A stretch of DNA of 64,000 bases from Candidatus Izemoplasmatales bacterium. GTDB taxonomy: Bacteria; Bacillota_I; Bacilli_A; Izemoplasmatales; Hujiaoplasmataceae. The DNA lies in NCBI GenBank assembly GCA_050949045.1, contig JBMNEZ010000001.1:608001-672000 (forward strand), in the 5' to 3' direction. The translations under genes were made by a program, and so were the position numbers. Each line of letters opens with the position of its first letter. The first letter of the stretch is position 1. The notes under the pieces are model-generated. The model was given only the letters and a program-made list of their open reading frames with translations. It was not told the DNA's origin and searched no databases. Below are positions 49,101 to 56,871 of the stretch, piece by piece.

Positions 49101-52100
49101 AGAGTGTCAAGCTTGGCTTCATCAAGCGTCTCAGGGTCATCATCTTCGGCCAGATTATCAATCAAGGTGGCGTCAAAAACCGGGTTTTCAAAATCAATAT
49201 TCATGACCTCGAGCGCATCGAAAGTAGCTTTCAGTTCATTGGAAGCGATGTATATGGTTTGTTTTTCCTCAGTGCCTACGACAATGATAACAGGCTGATC
49301 GAGATGGTCGATCTGAGGAACGACAATCGCTTCCGATTCCATATTGATGACTTGATCAGAAACCGTCGCATGCAAAATCGCTGAAGCAATCAAAACATCA
49401 AAGTTGGTTTTGATGTCAGTAAGTGATAGGGTTTCAACATTGTTAAAATCGGAGATGTCGAGTTTGTTCAGTGCGGCCAATGCGTTTCTAAGTTCCTGCT
49501 CACTCACATATTCGACTCCGTCAACATCCTTAAAGCGAACCTCATCTTGGTCGGCGTCATAATACGGAACACTCAGGACCGCTTCTTCGCCTTCGGTGAG
49601 ATCAAATAGCATCTTCGAGATCGAGGCGTGGATGATGATTGAATCGAACAGAGTGTCAAGTTTGGTTTCATCAAGCGTCTCAGGGTCATCATCTTCGGCC
49701 AGATTATCAATCAAGGTGGCGTCAAAAACCGGGTTTTCGAAATCGATATTCATGACCTCGAGCGCATCGAAAGTCGCTCTTAGTTCATTGGAAGCGATGT
49801 ATGTGGTTTGTTTTTCCTCGGTCCCTACGACAATGATAACAGGTTGATCGAGATGATCAATCCTGGGAACGACAATCGCTTCCGATTCCATATTGATGAC
49901 TTGATCAGAAACCGTCGCATGCAGGGTTGCTGATAAAATCAAAGTGTCAAAGTTATCAAGAATGGTGTTGATATCAAGCGAATCAACAGCATTGAAATCA
50001 GTGATATCAAGTGAATAGTAGGCTTTGAACAAACTGATCAGTTCACTCTTGCTCAGATACTCATTGCCCAAATCATCTTCGATGCGGACCGCTATCCCGG
50101 ATTCATCGAAATAAGGGACGATGATGACCGCTTCGGCTCCGCCGTCGCCGGTCGTAAGATCGATGATCATCTTTGACATCGAGGCATGGATGATCGTCGA
50201 ATCAAGCAATGTGTTGAGTTTGTCATCGTCGAGCACATCTGGATTGTCATCAGAGGCTAAGTTATTGATGATCGTCGCGTCAAAAACGGGATTCTCAAGA
50301 TCTATGTTTAGAACTTGGATTGCTTCGAGAGCTTTTATGAGCTCGGCTTTGGCAACGAAGGTCGTCGCTTGTTCTCCCACGCCTGTTGTAATCTTCACAT
50401 CTTCCCCTGACAAACTCTCATCTGGGACAACGATCATATCCGTATCCATATTGATGATCTGATTGGAAATGGTCGCCTGCAAAATCGCCGATTGCAGAAT
50501 GATGTTTGAATTGTCGATGATGGTATCTAAATCGAGCGTATCGATATCAATACTTTCAAAATCGGCGATATCGAGAACGAGAATCGCTCTGACGATCGCT
50601 TTCATTTCATCAACCGAGATATACTCGAAATCATCCACATCATTTCTATAACGGATGGTGTTGCCCTCTTCATCAAAATAAGGTATCGAGAGGACTTGGG
50701 TTTCACCGCTGACAAGATCGATCAAAACGCTGGAGATCGTAGCGTGCAAGATGGTGGAATTGAAGATTTGGTCGGCCTTATTCTCATCTAGGACCGTATC
50801 GTCTTCTGCGGTTGCTAGGTTTTTAAGAATATTAGGACCGATTTCCATGCCTTCTAGGGTAGTGATCTCCAGAGTTGATACCGCCAACAAGAGTTTACGG
50901 ATCTCACTTGCCGTGACGATTGTCTTGTCCGCTTCACCAACGCTTATGGTTTCCATCGCAACAGAAGGGATGGTCAGGACGTCTTCGCCCATTTCAAAGA
51001 GCATCGACCCGGCTGTAGCGGCGATGATTTCCGAATCGAGGATCTTGTCGATCTTTTCCTCATCGCTTGCGATATCAAGGATTACGGATTCATCGAATTC
51101 AATTTCTTCGATGTTTTCGAACTCAAAAACCGAAGCGGCAATAAACACTTTTTTGATTTCACCAGCGGTGACAATCTTGTGGGAAGCTCCTTCGACCAAC
51201 ACGGTTTTGACAGCGGTCGTTGTTTCTGGAATAACCAGCACATCCGCTCCCATCTCATAGACCATGTTGCCGATCGTGACCTCTATAATCAGCGACCTGA
51301 AGACTTCGTCAATGGTCGCGGATCCCAAAGACAAGACCTTAGTGTAGTCGAAGCCGATGGGCGCACACTCCTCATCGCCTTCGTCACAAGGAAGTGCGGT
51401 CACAATCGTTTTGAGAGCACTGACTAAAGCGACCAGTTCAGTCTTCTTGAGATAGCCTTTATCATCATATACATCATCGGGTATCAATAAAGCCAATTCG
51501 CCAAAATCGAGTGTCTTGACCGTTTCGGTGATGCTGGCGACTAATATTTTAGATTCGAACAGCGCCTCGATGGCTTCATCGGAGAGTTCGGTGATGGCGG
51601 CGGCCGTCAGATTGTTAAAGTCGAGGCTGACTGCCAATTCGGCAATTTGGTTGATTGCCAAAAAGATATTCCTAAGCTCGCCATTTTGGATGATGTTGCC
51701 TTCATCATCAAGCTCATCAAGCCAGATAATGTCCTCTGGGATAACTAGAAACGACAACTCCTCGCCGTCTAGAAAGCCGCCTGCGCCTTCAAAGACATTG
51801 ATTAAAGCGTGGGTGATGATCTTTGAATCCAAAATCACAGTAAAGTCAAGTTGTGCAAGCGCCTGGATGATGGTCATCGGATCTCCCGATTGGATTTGGC
51901 CGTAGGTGATCTCAGTATCCAAAACGGCGCCGATGATCTCTCCGATCGCAATAAACTCATCTTTCCAGTTCATTCCTTCGGGAACCGTGATGATCGCCTT
52001 AATCGGGTTGTCTTCCGCGAGGCTTTGCAAAACCGGCTCAAGCGCTACATAAGCCGCAAGCGTGACAAGCTGCGATTCGCCGAGAGCATCGAAAATATCT

Positions 52101-53359
52101 CTGACTGAATCTCCGTCGAAGACGATGGTTTCGAGATCGGGATCCTCTTCAAGCAAACCGGCGGTATTGATAAAGTCAAATACGAGCGCGGCGACCTCGC
52201 CTATTTGCATCACTTCGGTCTTCCAGTCGATAGCGTAGATTGCTTCTTTGTCGATCGGGATGTCGACTTCGAGCATCTCCGAGCCGACATCGATCGCTAG
52301 TGGCAAGATTGAAGTGAAAAGATGTGAATCGGCGAGTTGGTTCATCGAGGTTTGGATCAGATCGCCGCTGATATCAGATAAATCCCTGGTTTCCATATAC
52401 TCGGAACCCAGGATGTTGCTGGCGACGCCGGCATAGACTGAGAGTTCATCGCGAATGGCGATCTTCTCTTCTTTATAAGTAAATGAAAGCACCATGTCGA
52501 ACAAATAGATATTAAGAGCGACCGATTCGGTTTCCGATTCATGGATTGTAATCTCTTTTGCGAAACCGACAAGGATATTCTGATTATAGGAATCAACGAT
52601 TTCCTTGGCTAGGGCAACAATCTCCTGAACTTGCTCAAGCGGGTTCTCGGCCTGCTGAAGCGGGATGACCGAGTAATTCGCCTGATAAATTCCCTGGCGG
52701 GGAAACTCCAACACGACATCCTCGGTTTCGGGAATCTCCGAGGCAATGGTCATAACACTTTCAGTAATGCTTATGAGTCCGCCAAAGACAATCAAGGTTA
52801 TAAAGAGACTAAGCGCACCGCTGAGAAACCCAAAAATCGCTCCGAATCCCCGGTTTTTCGACCGGTATTTGCGTTCCGCTTTCGGAGTATTGAGAAAGAT
52901 TACGCGGATGATGAAAGTCAAAAGACGATAGATAATTTGGATCACTGTGAAATAAATAATCGTATAGACAATCTTGACAATGAATATGCCTAATCCGGCA
53001 ATAAATTCAAGCAGGTTAGGATTCTCGAGAACACTCGCGGGAATGTCGGGAACATAGATCGAAAGCGCAAGGGGTATTGCTTCCGAAAGCGAGGTCACAG
53101 AAGCAAATGCGGGATCAAGGTTTGCGAGCAAGCCCCCTAGAAAAGTCAGTTCAAGGGACCATAAATAATTGACGACTAGATCAATCGTCAAAAAGAAAAC
53201 GATGTAGAAGATGACTGTTACGATGAAGGCATAGAGTGATTTCTTGAAACCTCGCAAAAAACCAACCAACATGCCTATACCCAGAATACCAAAAAAAAGG
53301 ATATTCAGGTACAGCGGAAGGTTGGTAATATCGGGAATCGGCAGGGCTGTCAGCATCAT
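45218..53359 (-). CDS. giant acidic repeat protein with CvpA-like N-terminal membrane domain (2713 aa)
   Basis: Uninterrupted 8.1 kb ORF; GFLRGFKK and RGFGAIFG TMs; about 25 repeats with S.I.HAT(I/V)S motif. Confidence 0.88.
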   Translation of the reverse strand: MMLTALPIPDITNLPLYLNILFFGILGIGMLVGFLRGFKKSLYAFIVTVIFYIVFFLTIDLVVNYLWSLELTFLGGLLANLDPAFASVTSLSEAIPLALSIYVPDIPASVLENPNLLEFIAGLGIFIVKIVYTIIYFTVIQIIYRLLTFIIRVIFLNTPKAERKYRSKNRGFGAIFGFLSGALSLFITLIVFGGLISITESVMTIASEIPETEDVVLEFPRQGIYQANYSVIPLQQAENPLEQVQEIVALAKEIVDSYNQNILVGFAKEITIHESETESVALNIYLFDMVLSFTYKEEKIAIRDELSVYAGVASNILGSEYMETRDLSDISGDLIQTSMNQLADSHLFTSILPLAIDVGSEMLEVDIPIDKEAIYAIDWKTEVMQIGEVAALVFDFINTAGLLEEDPDLETIVFDGDSVRDIFDALGESQLVTLAAYVALEPVLQSLAEDNPIKAIITVPEGMNWKDEFIAIGEIIGAVLDTEITYGQIQSGDPMTIIQALAQLDFTVILDSKIITHALINVFEGAGGFLDGEELSFLVIPEDIIWLDELDDEGNIIQNGELRNIFLAINQIAELAVSLDFNNLTAAAITELSDEAIEALFESKILVASITETVKTLDFGELALLIPDDVYDDKGYLKKTELVALVSALKTIVTALPCDEGDEECAPIGFDYTKVLSLGSATIDEVFRSLIIEVTIGNMVYEMGADVLVIPETTTAVKTVLVEGASHKIVTAGEIKKVFIAASVFEFENIEEIEFDESVILDIASDEEKIDKILDSEIIAATAGSMLFEMGEDVLTIPSVAMETISVGEADKTIVTASEIRKLLLAVSTLEITTLEGMEIGPNILKNLATAEDDTVLDENKADQIFNSTILHATISSVLIDLVSGETQVLSIPYFDEEGNTIRYRNDVDDFEYISVDEMKAIVRAILVLDIADFESIDIDTLDLDTIIDNSNIILQSAILQATISNQIINMDTDMIVVPDESLSGEDVKITTGVGEQATTFVAKAELIKALEAIQVLNIDLENPVFDATIINNLASDDNPDVLDDDKLNTLLDSTIIHASMSKMIIDLTTGDGGAEAVIIVPYFDESGIAVRIEDDLGNEYLSKSELISLFKAYYSLDITDFNAVDSLDINTILDNFDTLILSATLHATVSDQVINMESEAIVVPRIDHLDQPVIIVVGTEEKQTTYIASNELRATFDALEVMNIDFENPVFDATLIDNLAEDDDPETLDETKLDTLFDSIIIHASISKMLFDLTEGEEAVLSVPYYDADQDEVRFKDVDGVEYVSEQELRNALAALNKLDISDFNNVETLSLTDIKTNFDVLIASAILHATVSDQVINMESEAIVVPQIDHLDQPVIIVVGTEEKQTIYIASNELKATFDALEVMNIDFENPVFDATLIDNLAEDDDPETLDEAKLDTLFDSIIIHASISKMLFDLTEGEEAVLSVPYYDADLDVVRFKDVHGVEYVSEQELRNALAALNKLNISDFNNVETLTLNDINTNFDVLIASAILHATISDQLLTLESDDVSIPYYDYDGVSIRITVGSLEKKTVYIGKNELESTFIALELLGVDGLNQVDINIDLTDFYDPENRNKLMASAIVHSAISKQLVEVDALSVPYYDIDANAVRITRGSADLETDTEYVSDIEIHALFEVLELLEIQDLDNVQIDLDLSKYYEPEPREILLASASVHAEITKQVLDIDDATLDMPFYNESGSSIRITRGDGPEKTEYLVAAEVHALFEVLEFLGITDLNNVNMDMDLTDLYIVENRNILLASAAVHLKVSTQMLELSTGDNPVIVVPDKDINGQPISVLRTNHDDLIDDVFLKEQEIHYFFEGLEILDLPIDNIDEFDGSFDLSVLYDQDNRVELLKSATMHATISDQLIDLDTQDLVIVPKSDYLDTVSIRVLRGVVEFIDKDEIHHFFDAIEILGLSLDDISDFNGDISLDNFFASKEPADYETNQTTLLASAIMHATVSEQILGLGSTKLIVPERDVADTVITAAVNGTDYVVKNEIKALINSLDILGITDITAFAGAINLTNFYSDSNQDTLLLSASMHATISDQILDLGSDKLIVPAKDVAEENIRVTNSVDIEFVQKAEIKALIEALEVLEVTDITTFAGAINLTNFYSDSNQDTLLLSASMHATISDQILDLGSDKLIVPAKDFAEENIRVTNSVDIEFVQKAEIKALIEALEVLEVTDITSFTGAVTLSHFFESANPATYSDNQDILLASAAMHATISDQLLDLGASALIVPDTDVSNNSIRKNVGAVVFIYKTEIKAIIDSLDILGLNSIDSMTGAFSLAKLDTPAKQNKLLASASMHATISDKIFAVDDNILYVPDKRQDDLTAVKVKAGLPDNLLDFVTKDEIKALIDALIIMGYTDLSSFTAEFELGEVFANPETVLLSASIQAMFSDRIINDTGGALQIPDKYYGTINLIRIALTDVTYIEYDELVALITALNALELDDFSSFSFTPAVIFELDSFDTILASEIIQATISSNLLAPPTLDETAPAGSGKLIVPSFFRQDITVETLASKQIEKTELDSLLTSLKLLGINNFSDGMSGTSITTIFMNETSRNTFLASGSIHVTTDNLLKGNTNIGGSIPALAKEDAYNIIGITTKAEIINFIVAVNTIGATDFTEANFTVASIAALDPADQDAILTSMIVRNKITPDLETLCSNPFNPYPLTDDDYMSGATHDFLKKQSILNIIDHYY
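46754..47269. repeat. in-frame tandem duplication, 258 bp period
   Basis: TCGGTCACCTCAAGCAC at 46761 and 47019; copies nearly identical. Confidence 0.9.
48815..49923. repeat. in-frame tandem duplication, 549 bp period
   Basis: CGTCGCATGCA at 48815, 49364 and 49913; antisense ORFs 49047 and 49596 are near copies. Confidence 0.9.
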
Positions 53360-53523
53360 AATTTCTCCCCCTATAAATTTGTTTTAATTAATCGTAATTA
53401 ATTATATACTAACTTCACAGATATTTAAATAGACTGGGCCGATAATTTAGATACATGAAAAAATATGTTAATTGATCGCTTGACGATCCGGTGATGTATA
53501 ATAGTAGCATAGGAGTTGAGTTT

Positions 53524-54402
53524 ATGAAAAGAAGGGGTTCTGCTTTATTGATCGCTATGGCGGCTGTGCTCTTACTTTTTGGCTGTGAGGCATTCACATG
53601 GCCGGCGATTTTTCCAACAATCTACCCTGTTACTACTAAGACCACAAGGACCATCGACATCAGCGGAACAATCTCGATCGGTTTAGACGATTACCAAACT
53701 TATTCCAGATACCATTCTTCTGCCTATGACCTCATCGTCGACCAATACAACGACATCCTGATCAATACCAGAGACAGAATCAGACGCGCAAACATTGGCG
53801 TCCAGACTTCTTTATATAAATCGCGTACCCTCTATCCTTTCGGAACAACAACCTTTCTGGAAAGCGTAAACAAAGGCTCCGGCTTCATCTACAAGGAAGA
53901 TGATGATTACTTTTATGCCGTCACCAATTTCCATGTCGTCGATCCCAAAGAATATACACCTGCCTACGAGATCATGACCTTCGAGGACAGCGACTACCAT
54001 GAGGCGGAACTCATCGCCTATGATGAATCCCTTGATCTCGCGATTCTCCGTTTTTTGAAAAACGAACGGACCGAAGTCGTATTATTGGATATTGCCGAGC
54101 GTTCATTCACGAAATTCAACCCCGGTGAGCTAGTCCTGGCTGTAGGAAATCCTTTGTCTGTCACCGACAATGTGACCTTCGGCGAGTATGTTAATCTGGT
54201 CAGGCTTGATGACGTTCAATTCCTTGTCATCTATCATACCGCCATGATCCATGAGGGATCGAGCGGGGGCGCTGTCGTCGATGTCGACGGAAACCTTCTC
54301 GGCGTCAACACTTGGGGAACCGATGGCAACGACGAGGTTTCCTATGCCGTTCCCGTGTCGATTCTCTACATGTTTCTCCACAACAACGATCTACTTCCCT
54401 AA
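53524..54402 (+). CDS. trypsin-like serine protease lipoprotein (HtrA-like, no PDZ)
   Basis: Lipobox LFGC; GSGF, TNFHVV, DLAIL, GNPL, GSSGG. Confidence 0.88.
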   Translation: MKRRGSALLIAMAAVLLLFGCEAFTWPAIFPTIYPVTTKTTRTIDISGTISIGLDDYQTYSRYHSSAYDLIVDQYNDILINTRDRIRRANIGVQTSLYKSRTLYPFGTTTFLESVNKGSGFIYKEDDDYFYAVTNFHVVDPKEYTPAYEIMTFEDSDYHEAELIAYDESLDLAILRFLKNERTEVVLLDIAERSFTKFNPGELVLAVGNPLSVTDNVTFGEYVNLVRLDDVQFLVIYHTAMIHEGSSGGAVVDVDGNLLGVNTWGTDGNDEVSYAVPVSILYMFLHNNDLLP

Positions 54403-54477
54403 TCCGACATGATTTAGAAATGGAGCCGTTTCACTCGTAATCAAAACGGCTCTTTTTATTTTTAAGATGACCTTAGG

Positions 54478-56871
54478 TCATTTGACATCAATCTCAATCA
54501 TGATATCAGGTTCGTATGTTGGTTTGATTTTTATTTTCGATCGGCCTTTTTTACCGGTTGTCTTGACATAGAAGGCCGTTGAACCGCCGATCAAAGCAAC
54601 TGATTTTGGTCCAATCACATCGAGAATCCGGTCGGTTTCAATGGTTATGACATCGCTCGCATTCGCGAGTATGTTATCATTTTCATCGACTTTGGTAATG
54701 ACAATCCTCGTGACATCATAGGTCTCGACATGGACAAGTTCATGATGGTCCGCCTCGACCTTGATCTTGAAAGCACTCGGCTGCGCTATTTTTTTCTTGA
54801 TCACCAGTTCATCGTCGATGTACCCCTCAAAGATGAACACACCCGAATCATCGCCCCAGTTTCCCAGATATTTTCCATAGAGCCTAGTGGCCTCTGCCAT
54901 TGTGATTTTGTTTATAAGCATCAGTTTTCCCATCAACAACCGGTATTTGAAAGGCATCGCCATCCCGTAACGGCTGAAAGCCAAAAGGCACTTTTTGATC
55001 TGGCGGGAGACCTTCTTGGAATATGGTTCGCAAACTTCGATCTGGTCGCCGATGTGATCATCAATGACGACAGGCGGTTTCAGGACATTCGGATAAAGTC
55101 GCCATTCGGGGTAGATTTTGCCGATGAAATAGTCATTATGGTAGAACTTGATGTAATCACAATTAGTGAAAACGACGGTTTCCGGCATTTTCGCCTGCGG
55201 TTGTTCACCGGGCGTCATCGAACCGGCGACCTCGAGGACCGGCTTGTCGAGCCGCTGCGACTTGTACACATAGCTAGCGTACTTCGGTAGCCTGAACATG
55301 TCCATGACCCCATGATAACAGATGCGGTCATTGGCTCCGAACTGCTTGTGCGTGTAATAGTCGGCGAAACACCAGCCGATCGCCCCCGCGATCCGGCTGT
55401 TTTCATAGGCGCTGTCGATGACGCGCAGGTGTCTGAGTGCCTGTTCGACCCTAGTGGCCTCATCGGCGTTTTTTCTGGTCGGATACATATGCCCGCTGTG
55501 TTCGGTCACGAGATAGGGAGCCAGCGCTTTGGCAACGCTTGAGGGACTTGCGAGCGCTTGATTGGCGCCCGTATGGGTAAAATCGTTGTAGGTATAGACG
55601 TCCTCAAGCAACTCGCTGCCGGCAAAATTGCGGACGCCGCCCGTTGGCCGCGTTTCATCAAGTTCCCTCGCGATCCGATTGGTCTCAAGGTAAAAGGTAT
55701 TGTCGTCTTGTGATTCGTTGATCCGCACGCCCCACATAATGATGGAAGGATGGTTGAAGTGATGGTTTATCATCGTCTTCAGATTAGCGAGGCTCAAAGT
55801 CTTGAACTCCTCGTCGCCGAGATGTTGCCAGCCGGGAATTTCCTCAAACACCAACAGCCCGAGCTCGTCCGCACGGGCGATGAAATGGTCGCTTTGCATA
55901 TAGTGTGAGGTTCTGACGATATTTACACCAAGCTCATTCCGGAGAATCTCCGCATCCAATTCCTGCATCCTTTTAGGCATCGCATAACCGACATACGGAT
56001 AGGACTGATGGCGGTTCAAGCCAATCAGTTTGAGCCTGTGGTTGTTAATCGTGAAGCCTTCAGGAGTGAATTTGATTGTTCGACAGCCAAAGCGCTCCTT
56101 AACGGAATCAATGATTTTTCCATCATGTGATAAACTGAGTTCAAGATGGTAGAGCTTGGGCGATTCGGGCGACCAGCGACAAATATCATCAAGCAGAAAC
56201 CCACCTGCAAGTTGGTCACCCTTCTTAAAGATGTTAGTGTCTTGATGGATTGTTTTATCTTGATCAGAAACAACAACCTTTGCCTCCAATGGGAATAACA
56301 AAGGTCCGTCAAGATCGAACTCGTAGTTGATGACGATCTGTGATTCCATCAGGGAAGACGGTTCAAAAGGCTTGATTCGCAAATGGCGAATATGGGTTTT
56401 TGGGATAATCTGCAGTTCCACTTCCCGATAAATACCGCTGTGGCCGAGGTAGTCAACGACCCCACCGAAAGGCGGAATGTTAGCGGTTTCCCTACCATCG
56501 ACAACGACGACGAGCCGGTTTGTCTGATCGAGGATGAGATCATCTTCAAGAACCATATCGAAAGGAGTGTATCCGCCTTTATGGGAGCCTATTTCCTTGC
56601 CATTCAGATAGACTGTGCAAGTGTTCATCACGCCGTAGAAACGAAGAAACATCATCTGAGACTTGTCTGGCTTGTCGATGGTGAAATCTAAAAAGTAGGT
56701 GCCGACGAATTGATGGGTCTCATCATTAATGTAGTTGAAGGGCAATTCGATTAGGGAATGCGGCAACATAACGCTTTCAAATTTGGCCGGATCGAAGTCT
56801 GGTTTAAGATAAGCATCTTGGTAATCGGGAGTGAACCGCCAGTTAAAATTAAGGCTTCTTCTTATTCTCAT
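54478..56871 (-). CDS. GH2 glycoside hydrolase (beta-galactosidase-like)
   Basis: HKGGYTPF, GIYREV, GLNRHQSYP, RTSHY, NHPSIIMWGVRINES. Confidence 0.92.
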   Translation of the reverse strand: MRIRRSLNFNWRFTPDYQDAYLKPDFDPAKFESVMLPHSLIELPFNYINDETHQFVGTYFLDFTIDKPDKSQMMFLRFYGVMNTCTVYLNGKEIGSHKGGYTPFDMVLEDDLILDQTNRLVVVVDGRETANIPPFGGVVDYLGHSGIYREVELQIIPKTHIRHLRIKPFEPSSLMESQIVINYEFDLDGPLLFPLEAKVVVSDQDKTIHQDTNIFKKGDQLAGGFLLDDICRWSPESPKLYHLELSLSHDGKIIDSVKERFGCRTIKFTPEGFTINNHRLKLIGLNRHQSYPYVGYAMPKRMQELDAEILRNELGVNIVRTSHYMQSDHFIARADELGLLVFEEIPGWQHLGDEEFKTLSLANLKTMINHHFNHPSIIMWGVRINESQDDNTFYLETNRIARELDETRPTGGVRNFAGSELLEDVYTYNDFTHTGANQALASPSSVAKALAPYLVTEHSGHMYPTRKNADEATRVEQALRHLRVIDSAYENSRIAGAIGWCFADYYTHKQFGANDRICYHGVMDMFRLPKYASYVYKSQRLDKPVLEVAGSMTPGEQPQAKMPETVVFTNCDYIKFYHNDYFIGKIYPEWRLYPNVLKPPVVIDDHIGDQIEVCEPYSKKVSRQIKKCLLAFSRYGMAMPFKYRLLMGKLMLINKITMAEATRLYGKYLGNWGDDSGVFIFEGYIDDELVIKKKIAQPSAFKIKVEADHHELVHVETYDVTRIVITKVDENDNILANASDVITIETDRILDVIGPKSVALIGGSTAFYVKTTGKKGRSKIKIKPTYEPDIMIEIDVK

